Positions 9,749-18,640 of a stretch of DNA of 64,000 bases are shown here, piece by piece. Every line of letters begins with the position of its first letter. Position 1 is the stretch's first letter. The notes beneath the pieces were generated by a model. That model was not told the origin of the DNA. It ran no database searches and saw only the letters and a list, made by a program, of their open reading frames with translations. The stretch is from assembly GCA_965218095.1 (NCBI GenBank), contig OZ244587.1, positions 1,952,001 to 2,016,000 on the forward strand, given 5' to 3'. Source of the DNA: Candidatus Poribacteria bacterium. GTDB lineage: Bacteria; Poribacteria; WGA-4E; PCPOR2b. Both the position numbers and the translations under genes were made by a program.

Positions 9749-10521
9749 GCAAGGACAAAAGGTACAGCATCGAAACCGATAGACTCAACCTGCGGTACGA
9801 CGATTTTCAGGCGCTTATCAATGTGAACGTGAAAGTTGTAGACGGTCTGATCACCGGACTCATTGGCCCGTCGGGCTGTGGCAAGACCACATTGCTGCGT
9901 TGTTTCAACCGCGTGAATGAACGCTACGGCAACGTCACGACGACTGGCGAGATTAAAATTCTCAATAAAAATATATACGATTCGGATGTTTCACTGCCAG
10001 AACTTCGTAAGACAGTCGGTATGGTTTTTCAGCGTCCGAATCCCTTGCCAATCTCCGTTTACGAAAATATCCTTTTCGGCTTGCGCGTTCACTCTGAACG
10101 TGGCAAAATCAAGAAATCAGAAACCGATGAGATTGTTGAACAATCGCTAAGAGATGTATCCCTCTGGAAAGATTTGAAAGATAAACTGAAGGTTAAGGCG
10201 ACCACGCTGCAGCTTGAACAGCAGCAGAAATTGTGCATTGCTCGCCTGCTGCCCCTGACGCCGCGAGTCATCTTGATGGATGAACCGTGTTCAACACTGG
10301 ACGCCGATGCAACCCGTGCGGTTGAAGAGCTAATGTTGAGTCTGGTGGAACGCTACACTATTCTGATTGTCACACACAATATGGCACAGGCCCGCCGTGT
10401 GAGTAATGAATGTATTTTCATGCTGCTCGGCAAAATTATGGAACACAGCCGCACCGAGGATTTATTTCTGACCCCTAAGAATCCGAAGACGGCGGACTAT
10501 ATCGAAGGACGGTATGGATAA
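9745..10521 (+). CDS. pstB: Phosphate ABC transporter ATP-binding protein, copy 2 (degenerate signature)
   Basis: GPSGCGKTT, GMVFQRPNP, LMDEPCS, VTHNMAQA, YIEGRYG. Confidence 0.9.
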   Translation: MSKDKRYSIETDRLNLRYDDFQALINVNVKVVDGLITGLIGPSGCGKTTLLRCFNRVNERYGNVTTTGEIKILNKNIYDSDVSLPELRKTVGMVFQRPNPLPISVYENILFGLRVHSERGKIKKSETDEIVEQSLRDVSLWKDLKDKLKVKATTLQLEQQQKLCIARLLPLTPRVILMDEPCSTLDADATRAVEELMLSLVERYTILIVTHNMAQARRVSNECIFMLLGKIMEHSRTEDLFLTPKNPKTADYIEGRYG

Positions 10522-10535
10522 TATGAATTTGCCTC

Positions 10536-11216
10536 CTACTCTTTGAACCGATAGCCGACGCCATGCACCGTATCAATCTGCTCTCCGAAAGGTCCCAATT
10601 TGCGCCGCAGCCGACTCACATGTGTATCTACCGCGCGATCCACCCCGTAATACTCCTGTCCCCACACAGCATCCATCAGAACACTCCGCGTGAACACCCG
10701 ACCCGGAGTGCCGACGAACAACGTAAGCAGTTTGAACTCTGTGGCGGTGAGCTCAATTTCACCTGCCTCACTGAACACCTGATGCTTGGCCAAGTCAATT
10801 GTCAAGCCGCGTACCTTAATCTGGTTTGGGGTGGTAGTCTGGACAGCAGCACGACGTAGTATAGCACGTACCCGCAGCACAACCTCCCGCGGACTGAAGG
10901 GCTTGATGATGTAATCATCCGCTCCCAATTCCAACCCAACGATTCGATCAACTTCCTCCGCCTTCGCCGTCAACATAACTACCGGAATCGTTTCAGTTTT
11001 CGGATGGCGCTTCAGCAGCCGGCACACTTCAAGCCCGTCCACTTTAGGCAGCAATAGATCCAAAATGATGAGATCCGGCGGATTCTCTGTCGCTCGTTCA
11101 AGGGCGTCTGCGCCGTTGAAGACGGCCTCCGTTTCAAAGTCCGCCTGCCCCAGGTTGTACTCTAACAACTCGACAATATCCGGTTCATCTTCCACGATCA
11201 GGATTTTTGAAATCAT
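10536..11216 (-). CDS. PhoB/OmpR-family response regulator
   Basis: ILIVEDE, DLIILD, LTAK, GADDYIIKPFS and winged helix (VDTHVSRLRRKL...GVGYRF); convergent on the pst genes. Confidence 0.9.
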   Translation of the reverse strand: MISKILIVEDEPDIVELLEYNLGQADFETEAVFNGADALERATENPPDLIILDLLLPKVDGLEVCRLLKRHPKTETIPVVMLTAKAEEVDRIVGLELGADDYIIKPFSPREVVLRVRAILRRAAVQTTTPNQIKVRGLTIDLAKHQVFSEAGEIELTATEFKLLTLFVGTPGRVFTRSVLMDAVWGQEYYGVDRAVDTHVSRLRRKLGPFGEQIDTVHGVGYRFKE

Positions 11217-11334
11217 ACTTTATTCCTGTGATCAAATCTTTGCTTAGTTATCGTTCCCCGCGCTTGACTTGCACCCAATCGTACATATCAATGATGTGGC
11301 CTCGCATATAACTGCCCTTCGATCGGGGTTGATT

Positions 11335-11931
11335 TTACAGATATTCTTCCTCATCGTCCTCTGCCGGGTAGATATTGACATCTGATAGAGAGATTAACTC
11401 ACCGACATAGAAGGTCAACCAATTCCCGCAAAGTTCAACAGACATCATCCCTTCATCTTCGTTCGTGTATTCGTACAACTCTACATCGAATGTTTCCATT
11501 TCCAGGAGACTTACAACGGTCATCTTCGCCGGGACAATCTCTTGACGCACGTATTCAACCAAGATCTCTGCATCTTCGTCGTCAGGGTCGGGGTAATGGA
11601 GCGTGATGGTATCAGAGAGGTCTTCATCTAACTCCTCTTCACTGTCGATAATCCAGCGGGAAATCTCATACTCATTTGTGTTCCCGATCCGATCGACCCC
11701 CAAAACCACCTCCTCATCGCTGTCCCCAAGACGATACATGTAGCGCAGCAATCCGCTGCCTTCATACTTCTTCCGCCCCGTCAATTCAAACGTGCGGGAG
11801 GCTGCTTCGCTGGTTTCAAACGTAATCGGATCGGAAAGTTCAATCATACTTCCAAGCGGAATATCCAACAATTCGTGCCGCTTAGGTTTTTGTGCTTTCG
11901 ATTTACGGCCAAATAGTGCCATGTCTTTCAC
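11335..11931 (-). CDS. Acidic hypothetical protein, DUF4178-like
   Basis: 198-aa ORF; FELTGRKKY, YEYTNEDEGMMSVE, FYVGELI resemble DUF4178 (from memory). Confidence 0.5.
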   Translation of the reverse strand: MKDMALFGRKSKAQKPKRHELLDIPLGSMIELSDPITFETSEAASRTFELTGRKKYEGSGLLRYMYRLGDSDEEVVLGVDRIGNTNEYEISRWIIDSEEELDEDLSDTITLHYPDPDDEDAEILVEYVRQEIVPAKMTVVSLLEMETFDVELYEYTNEDEGMMSVELCGNWLTFYVGELISLSDVNIYPAEDDEEEYL

Positions 11932-11942
11932 CTCTACATGGT

Positions 11943-13007
11943 TTAGAAGTATCCTTTATTGTATATTACCAAAACGATGATGCCAATAATTAGAATGCTG
12001 CCGAAAACAAGGACGAACCAGGTGCCGCCAGAGGTCTTTTTCTGAACAATAACCTTTGGGGGTTGTGCTTGGGTCGCTGATGTTGGTACAGCTTGTGTGC
12101 CGCCTGCCAAAACAATGTTACGGAGTGAATCTTCGTCTGGGAGTTCTTCGACCGTTACCGCTTCTTCGGCATTCGGTCCATAAAATTTGTCGGTGTTCTT
12201 ATCGACATGCAATTCCATGTAGTCCTCATCCCGATTGGTTCCGGGATCGACATAGCGCCGATCTGGCTGGATGCCTTGACTGTCGTAGTACGCTCGCCAA
12301 CGCTCATACTCCGACTGCCGCTCACGCGACCAATGTGATCGATCGTAATTCGAATGATGATAGTGCCAGAGCCAGCTATGGTGAAGACGATGGTTATAGT
12401 AATCGTGAAAATAAATTCCCGAAATTGCGTTTGCAAACACCATACTGGCAGTCAGGCTATAGATGGAGTAGCCCGGATTTGGGTAGTAGGAACCGAAATT
12501 GTTGACAGTAATTGGGGACTGGGCTTGACGCGCGTCGCGGCGTGCACGGGTAGTGTCTCGCTCTGCGCGTCTCACCTGGCGTTTGAGACTGCGATTTTCT
12601 GCCTTGAGGTTTCTGGTTGCCTTGTGCTGTTGAACTTTCAACCCTCGCTTTTGACTGCTTCTCATGTTTTTCGTGGAGACAGCAGAACCGGTCTTCACAC
12701 GGCTCGTCGCGATCTGTTTTTGTCGCACCGTACTACTCTGCCGTCCTGGGCTTCTTTGTGAGGATTTAACAGAACTCCGCCCATAGCTTTTGCTGCTGCT
12801 GTGTTGCCCAGTTGGTCGGACTGATGATGAACGGCCACTACTGCGCGACGGCTTTGAAGATGTTCGGCCGTAGCTCTTGCTAGAACTTCTGCTGCCGTAA
12901 CTTCTGCCACTGGATCTGAACCCTTTTGAAAAAACGTCAGGGCTTACACTGAATGTAAATAAAATAATGAGTGCCAGAATTGACACTTTTTGGAAAGTGC
13001 GTTTCAT
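11943..13007 (-). CDS. Exported Ser/Arg/Gly-rich protein with C-terminal TM anchor
   Basis: Signal peptide, low-complexity SSGRS repeats, His/Trp/Tyr-rich core, C-terminal hydrophobic helix. Confidence 0.75.
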   Translation of the reverse strand: MKRTFQKVSILALIILFTFSVSPDVFSKGFRSSGRSYGSRSSSKSYGRTSSKPSRSSGRSSSVRPTGQHSSSKSYGRSSVKSSQRSPGRQSSTVRQKQIATSRVKTGSAVSTKNMRSSQKRGLKVQQHKATRNLKAENRSLKRQVRRAERDTTRARRDARQAQSPITVNNFGSYYPNPGYSIYSLTASMVFANAISGIYFHDYYNHRLHHSWLWHYHHSNYDRSHWSRERQSEYERWRAYYDSQGIQPDRRYVDPGTNRDEDYMELHVDKNTDKFYGPNAEEAVTVEELPDEDSLRNIVLAGGTQAVPTSATQAQPPKVIVQKKTSGGTWFVLVFGSILIIGIIVLVIYNKGYF

Positions 13008-13079
13008 CTTACCTTCCTCCCTAGCGAGTTGTGGTCAAATCCTCTGACCCGATTGAACACTCCTACCGCTAAAATTTGC

Positions 13080-13108
13080 TTGACAATTTGCGATAGATAC
13101 ATTATCAT
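13080..13108 (+). promoter_or_regulatory. Sigma-70-type promoter of the tRNA gene
   Basis: TTGACA-N17-TATCAT ending 13 nt upstream of the tRNA. Confidence 0.65.
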
Positions 13109-13121
13109 TACGATTCAAGGT

Positions 13122-13198
<77 letters not shown>

Positions 13199-13322
13199 TC
13201 CTCCCTTACTCTCCAAACCCTATCTTCTCTTCTTCATTTTCCACTCGGCGAGATCCCCGATTCCCATATCCAAACAGGACAATTATACTTCTTGTACGTA
13301 ACCACTGTCAATGATTTATGAA

Positions 13323-13401
13323 ATAGAAATTCCCCACGCATAAGAAATAGGCAAGAAATAACCCCGATCTTCGATCGAGGTTGCTCATAAGGAATTTCTA
13401 T
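13323..13401. mobile_element. Possible MITE with 11-bp terminal inverted repeats
   Basis: ATAGAAATTCC ... GGAATTTCTAT, enclosing a copy of the 23-bp palindrome family. Confidence 0.35.
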
Positions 13402-13490
13402 CCGTTACTGTGAGATTTACATCAAATGTGTTACCGCCCCTGCGCCGTTTTTTTGCTTGTATTATTTTGGGGGGTGTGATACCTTATCAC

Positions 13491-13578
13491 GCATGTAACG
13501 TAATGCGTAACGAGTAAAACGTAATACCTCAAACTTACTCCTTACGTTTCGCGTTTTACGCCTCACGTTTCACGTTCC
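13491..13578. repeat. Inverted heptamer tandem array (CGTAA-type / TTACG-type)
   Basis: tgtaa cgtaatg cgtaacg agtaaaa cgtaata ... tactcct tacgttt cgcgttt tacgcct cacgttt cacgtt. Confidence 0.75.
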
Positions 13579-13640
13579 CCATGGCGCTGTGGTGAGCAGG
13601 AGATTCGTTACTTCGCATCTAAAAGACAAAGGAGTCGTGT

Positions 13641-14525
13641 ATGAGTATTGACATTCGATTACCTGAATTGTTGGATCTAATTGATGCTGACGCTCAAATA
13701 GAACAGCTTGGGACCGGCTGCGAATTCACTGAGGGACCTGTCTGGAACGCTGAAGGCAGATTTCTGTTGTTTAGTGACATCCCAGCGAATCAGATGAAAA
13801 AGTGGACGCCTGAGTCCGGCATCACAAACTTCCGCGTCCCATCGGGTAAATCGAACGGTTTGACCTATGATAAGCAAGGTCGGCTTATCGCGTGTGAGCA
13901 TGCCAATCGACGGGTTTCACGAACAGAAGCTGATGGCACGGTTGTCGCAATTGCCTCGTATTACGACGGAAAACGGCTGAACAGCCCAAACGATGTGGTT
14001 GTGAAATCAGATGGAAGTATCTATTTTTCCGATCCGCCCTACGGTTTAACAGCCGCCTATGGTGCTGAAGGGGAACAAGAACTGGATTTTCAGGGGGTTT
14101 ATCGACTTGCTCCTGACGGTCAAACGTTGACGCTCTTAGTTGATGATTATGATCGCCCGAATGGTCTTTGCTTCTCGCCAGATGAGTCCACCCTTTACAT
14201 CAACGACACCGCTCGAATGCATGTCCGCGCTTTTGATGTCCAGCCGGATGGCACGATCGCAAATGGACGAGTCTTCACCGAAGAATCCGGTGAAGGTGGT
14301 GCTCCAGATGGTATGAAGGTCGATGGGCAAGGTAATGTCTATGTGACCGGGCCAGGCGGCATTTGGATCTTCAATCCGTCAGGGAAACACCTCGGCGTCA
14401 TTGAAACCCCTGAACCAACCGCCAATCTCGCCTGGGGTGGCGATGACTGGAAAACCCTTTTCATTACAGCAAGCACTTCGATCTATCGGCTGCAATGCAA
14501 GGTTGCGGGAATTCCTGTTCCATAA
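13641..14525 (+). CDS. SMP-30/gluconolactonase/LRE family protein
   Basis: FTEGPVW, SNGL, LNSPNDV, YFSDPPYG, PNGLCFSPDE, PDGMKVD. Confidence 0.93.
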   Translation: MSIDIRLPELLDLIDADAQIEQLGTGCEFTEGPVWNAEGRFLLFSDIPANQMKKWTPESGITNFRVPSGKSNGLTYDKQGRLIACEHANRRVSRTEADGTVVAIASYYDGKRLNSPNDVVVKSDGSIYFSDPPYGLTAAYGAEGEQELDFQGVYRLAPDGQTLTLLVDDYDRPNGLCFSPDESTLYINDTARMHVRAFDVQPDGTIANGRVFTEESGEGGAPDGMKVDGQGNVYVTGPGGIWIFNPSGKHLGVIETPEPTANLAWGGDDWKTLFITASTSIYRLQCKVAGIPVP

Positions 14526-14641
14526 ATGAATCCACGATGCTGTAATGCTTCGATTCTCGAAACGAACAGCATCGGGATCTTTGACCGAGAATCCGAGACC
14601 TCGATCAAAGATCGGGATTAAAATTATAGGAGACAACGAAA

Positions 14642-14731
14642 ATGAAAAAGTTGACACGTTTGGCGATTTTGATCGTTATCATTTCTGTCTTGATATTCAG
14701 CGCAAATAAGTCCATCAACCCACAAAAGTGA
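14642..14731 (+). other. 29-codon ORF consisting essentially of a signal peptide (small protein or gene remnant)
   Basis: RBS AGGAG, MKKLTRLAILIVIISVLIFSANKSINPQK*. Confidence 0.4.
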
Positions 14732-14741
14732 GGAAAACAAA

Positions 14742-15128
14742 ATGGAAATGAAAATTTGGAAAATCGCACTACTGATAAGCGATATGAAAAAAGCGGAAGA
14801 CCTGTATGTCAATAAACTCGGACTCAAGGTGATTGATCGAATAGATCTCGGAGAGATCGGTGAGGTACTCTTCCTTGATGCCGGTAACGTAAATTTGGAA
14901 CTCATTCCTGCTGCTGCATTCGATGGCGTCTGGGGTTTAGACCGTCCCGGCGTACACCATATCTCTTTTAAGGCTGACGACGTTAAAGCCGGTACCGAAG
15001 AACTCCGCAAAAGAGGCGTTACGGTCAAAAAGGAGCCCTTCCAACCGCTCGAAGGGATGACCCTTGCGTTCTTCGACGGACTTGATGGCGTCAATCTGCA
15101 GCTCTTCAATTACGAAAAAGAGGAATGA
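14742..15128 (+). CDS. VOC/glyoxalase family protein
   Basis: Y..KLGL, LELI, GVHHISFKADD, AFFDGLDGVNLQL. Confidence 0.85.
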   Translation: MEMKIWKIALLISDMKKAEDLYVNKLGLKVIDRIDLGEIGEVLFLDAGNVNLELIPAAAFDGVWGLDRPGVHHISFKADDVKAGTEELRKRGVTVKKEPFQPLEGMTLAFFDGLDGVNLQLFNYEKEE

Positions 15129-15565
15129 TGAAAGTCAAAATCAAACGCCTTGACGAAGGGCTCCCACTGCCGCAGTATGAAACGGATGGTGCTGTCGGTT
15201 TTGATCTCCTTTGCCGTGAATCGATAACAATCGATCCACAGACAGTCGGGTTGATTTCTGCAAACGTCATTGTCGAAACGCCTCCGGGGTATATGTTAAT
15301 GGTGACGTTGCGCGGTAGTACGCCTCGCAAATGGGGACTGCTCATTCCGCATGGGGTCGGCGTCATCGATCAGGATTACTGCGGCAACGGCGATGAAATT
15401 AAGATCCAGGTCTATAATTTCACAAACCAGCCCGTCACGATTGAACGCGGCGATAAGATTGCGCAAGGGATCTTTGTGCGGGTGGATAGCGCCGAGTGGC
15501 TCGAGGTATCTAAGATGAGTTCAGAAACACGCGGCGGTTTCGGAAGCACCGACAACAGGAATTGA
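15125..15565 (+). CDS. dut: dUTP diphosphatase
   Basis: GFDL, GVIDQDYCG, GDKIAQG, RGGFGST. Confidence 0.95.
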   Translation: MMKVKIKRLDEGLPLPQYETDGAVGFDLLCRESITIDPQTVGLISANVIVETPPGYMLMVTLRGSTPRKWGLLIPHGVGVIDQDYCGNGDEIKIQVYNFTNQPVTIERGDKIAQGIFVRVDSAEWLEVSKMSSETRGGFGSTDNRN

Positions 15566-15602
15566 CGTAAATTATTCAAAGCCATTGATCAGGAATTCAA
15601 GG

Positions 15603-15642
15603 GGATTCAGAGATACAAATGTGTCCGTGTATCTCTGAATCC
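15603..15642. repeat. Perfect 15-bp inverted repeat between dut and thyA
   Basis: GGATTCAGAGATACA-N10-TGTATCTCTGAATCC. Confidence 0.7.
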
Positions 15643-15666
15643 TCGTTTCATTAGAAGGAACAGACG

Positions 15667-16488
15667 ATGAGGCAGTATTTAGATGCATTGAAACAGATCG
15701 TAAATACGGGCGCAGACCGCGAGGGGCGCAATGGTTTCACTCGCGCTTTGTTCGGTATGCAGATGCGGTACGATATGACTGACGGTTTTCCCGCCGTTAC
15801 AACCAAAAAACTTGCGTTTAACACCGGCGTGAAAGCTGAACTTTTAGGATTTTTGAGAGGCTATTCCGACGTCAAAGACTTCCAGAAGTTGGGCTGTCAT
15901 GTCTGGGATGCGAATGCCGAGGCGGATTACTGGAAGCCAAAGGCGCGGTTTGAAGGCGATCTCGGGCGAATTTACGGCGTGCAGTGGCGGTTTTGGAAGA
16001 CCCCCGACGGGCAAACCGTAGACCAGCTTTCCAACGCCATTGAAGGGCTTAGAACTCAGCCCTACAGCCGCCGCCATGTCATAACGGCGTGGAATCCGGG
16101 GGAATTAGATCAGATGGCGCTTGAGCCGTGTCCTACGCTTTTCCAGTTTTTTGTGGCTGAAGGAAAACTATCGCTTCAGCTATATCAGCGGAGTTGTGAT
16201 ATGATTTTGGGCGTACCGTTCAACATCGCTTCGTATTCTCTGTTGTTGCACATGGCAGCACAAGTGACGGAGTTAGAGCCGGGCGAGTTTATCCACACCT
16301 TGGGTGACGCCCATATCTACCATGTCCATTTCGAGCAGGTAGAAACACAGTTGCAGCGGGAACCGCTCGAACTTCCAGAGCTTTACTTGAATCCGAAGAT
16401 AAAATCGATTGATGATTTCAAGATGCAGGACATCAAACTACACAACTACAAACACCATGGCGTTATTAAAGCGCCGATGGTCGTGTAA
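15667..16488 (+). CDS. thyA: Thymidylate synthase
   Basis: MRQYLD, YGVQWR, SRRH..AWNP, MALEPC, YQRSCD..LGVPFNIASY. Confidence 0.97.
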   Translation: MRQYLDALKQIVNTGADREGRNGFTRALFGMQMRYDMTDGFPAVTTKKLAFNTGVKAELLGFLRGYSDVKDFQKLGCHVWDANAEADYWKPKARFEGDLGRIYGVQWRFWKTPDGQTVDQLSNAIEGLRTQPYSRRHVITAWNPGELDQMALEPCPTLFQFFVAEGKLSLQLYQRSCDMILGVPFNIASYSLLLHMAAQVTELEPGEFIHTLGDAHIYHVHFEQVETQLQREPLELPELYLNPKIKSIDDFKMQDIKLHNYKHHGVIKAPMVV

Positions 16489-16500
16489 AAGGGCGTACAG

Positions 16501-16989
16501 ATGATTATCTCTATCATTGCGGGCATGGATAAAAATCGCCTGATTGGTCAAGACAATCGACTTCCCTGGAAGCTGCCCGCCGATATGAAACACTTCCGTC
16601 GAATGACCCTGGGCAAGCCTGTGTTGATGGGGCGTAAGACCTTTGAATCCATCGGCAAATTCCTGCCGAAGCGTACCAATATCATTTTGACACATGACCG
16701 CGAGTACCATGCCGAGGGCTGTGTTGTAACGCATTGCATTGAAGAAGCCTTAGTTGCTGCCAAGAATCACGAAGAGATCATGATCATCGGCGGTGCTTCG
16801 ATCTACGCCCTCTTTTTACCGCGTGCAGATCGTCTCTATCTGACGTTGATCCATCATTGTTTTGAAGGCAAAGTCTACTTTCCGGCGTTTAATCTGGCTG
16901 ACTGGCAGGAGGTCAAACGCATCGACTGCCAGGCGGATGAGAAAAATCCCTATTCATACAGTTTTCTGTTCCTCCACCGAAGGAGTTAA
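16501..16989 (+). CDS. folA: Dihydrofolate reductase
   Basis: IG.DNRLPWKLPADMKHF, MGRKTFESIG, IIGGASIY. Confidence 0.97.
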   Translation: MIISIIAGMDKNRLIGQDNRLPWKLPADMKHFRRMTLGKPVLMGRKTFESIGKFLPKRTNIILTHDREYHAEGCVVTHCIEEALVAAKNHEEIMIIGGASIYALFLPRADRLYLTLIHHCFEGKVYFPAFNLADWQEVKRIDCQADEKNPYSYSFLFLHRRS

Positions 16990-16991
16990 GT

Positions 16992-17198
16992 ATGCCCAAT
17001 AATCCGTTAAAACTTTGTATAATCTCCGGCTCTTTTGAATACGACCTAGACGCATCGCTCACCATTTTCCGAGATTATATCAAGCAACACTATCCGGTTC
17101 AATCAACCCTGATAATCTACCAGAATGGGGACGATGATCAATCCCTCGAACCGTTGGCTTTCACGCGCCGGCTGAATACCACATGGAAACTTCAATGA
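16992..17198 (+). pseudogene. Truncated remnant, probably the N-terminus of a ThuA-like/GATase-fold protein
   Basis: LKLCIISGSFEYD..SL...FTRRL; only 68 aa. Confidence 0.35.
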
Positions 17199-18454
17199 CA
17201 TCAAATGACGTAGCCCTTGCCATCATTGGCGGAGAAATTTACACGCCGACCTATCAGTCTACGGGAAACCTCTTTATCCGCGACGGTAAGATTGAATCCA
17301 TTCGCACTGATTCGTTTGAGCCCACAGGACACCCGTCAATTACGACAATCGACGCGAGGGGTTGCAAGGTCATTCCCGGTCTGATTGATGCGCTCGTTCA
17401 TGGGGGCGGGGGCTGCGGCACGGTGACAGGTAAAGTGGAAGACCTCGAAAAAGTCGTAAGCGCCCACGCAGCGCACGGTGTAACTTCGATTGTGCTTGGT
17501 GTCCCATCGGCAAGCATGGAGCGAATCAACGCCGCGTTGGAGGCAATCGGGTATGTAGCCGATAATCCTGTGAAAGGCGGTTCGCGGGTTCTCGGTTCTT
17601 ATGTTGAAGGGAAGTTTGGAAGTCATCCAAAGCGCGGCGCACAAAACCCCGAATACATCAGCCCGCCGAATTTTGAAGAATTCCACGCCATGTGGGCGGC
17701 ATCTAATGGCACACTCAAAGTAATCTCGATTGCCCCTGAAAACGATGAAGACCTCAAGTTCACCAAACATCTGGCGATTTACCGCGAAGACGCCTATAAC
17801 AACATCATCATCGCGATGGGACATACCAACGCGACGTATGATCAGGCGTTGGCCGCCATTGATGTCGGCATCACCCGTGCAACGCACACCTATAACGGCA
17901 TGAGTGGGCTGCACCACCGAGAACTTGGCACCATTGAAGCGATCTACTCCCATCCGGGGATTCACGCCGAACTGATCGCTGACGGACAGCACGTCAAACC
18001 GATCTGGGGGAAAACCCTGATCCGCTGGAAGGGTATTGAAGGAGTGGGGCTTGTCACCGATTGTCTCTCACTCGCAGGCGTCCCCAAAGCGAAGTGGCTG
18101 GAGGCGTATGTGTATGAACCCGCCCTTGATGCCTACCGATCGAAGCGTGAAGGCACCAAGCAGTATATCAAAAACGGTGCGATCTGGCTAAACCTTGGCA
18201 AAGCGGATGAAGTCCTCTACGGTGGAATGAACACCCTGATGGAATGTTTGCGGAATGTGGTCGGCTGGGGATACACGCTGGAGGAAGCCGTGACAATGGC
18301 GACCCTCACGCCCGCGAAAAATCTCGGCGTGGATAGACAAAAGGGCTCTATCGCGCCGGGCAAAGACGCAGACATCGTCATCCTAGACGCGGATTTGAAC
18401 CCTCAAGCGGTAATCATTGAGGGGGAAATCGCCAAAAATGAAATCGCCCATTGA
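17195..18454 (+). CDS. nagA: N-acetylglucosamine-6-phosphate deacetylase
   Basis: PGLID..HG, EG, KRGAQ, APE, GHTNA, THTYNGM, IADGQHV, PGKDAD. Confidence 0.88.
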   Translation: MTSNDVALAIIGGEIYTPTYQSTGNLFIRDGKIESIRTDSFEPTGHPSITTIDARGCKVIPGLIDALVHGGGGCGTVTGKVEDLEKVVSAHAAHGVTSIVLGVPSASMERINAALEAIGYVADNPVKGGSRVLGSYVEGKFGSHPKRGAQNPEYISPPNFEEFHAMWAASNGTLKVISIAPENDEDLKFTKHLAIYREDAYNNIIIAMGHTNATYDQALAAIDVGITRATHTYNGMSGLHHRELGTIEAIYSHPGIHAELIADGQHVKPIWGKTLIRWKGIEGVGLVTDCLSLAGVPKAKWLEAYVYEPALDAYRSKREGTKQYIKNGAIWLNLGKADEVLYGGMNTLMECLRNVVGWGYTLEEAVTMATLTPAKNLGVDRQKGSIAPGKDADIVILDADLNPQAVIIEGEIAKNEIAH

Positions 18455-18640
18455 TGAAGCTTTAGTGGGTGATAAGGTGAAACGTGAACAAATTGTCATC
18501 AACTTCAACACCCCCGATACCGTCAAAAAATGTCCACTGAGCGAGTGGAGGAAATTCTTCGCTTCGCTTATAATGACAGGCATGCATCATTTCAATATCA
18601 CCAATAACTGTTTGGCAATGGCTGAAAGGAGTTTATTACT

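Noticed and set aside
13199-13320. Integrated element at tRNA-Arg
   Set aside because: No integrase and no duplicated tRNA 3' end noticed in the window; downstream genes are housekeeping.
13491-13578. CRISPR array
   Set aside because: 7-nt degenerate units with no spacers; no cas genes in the window.
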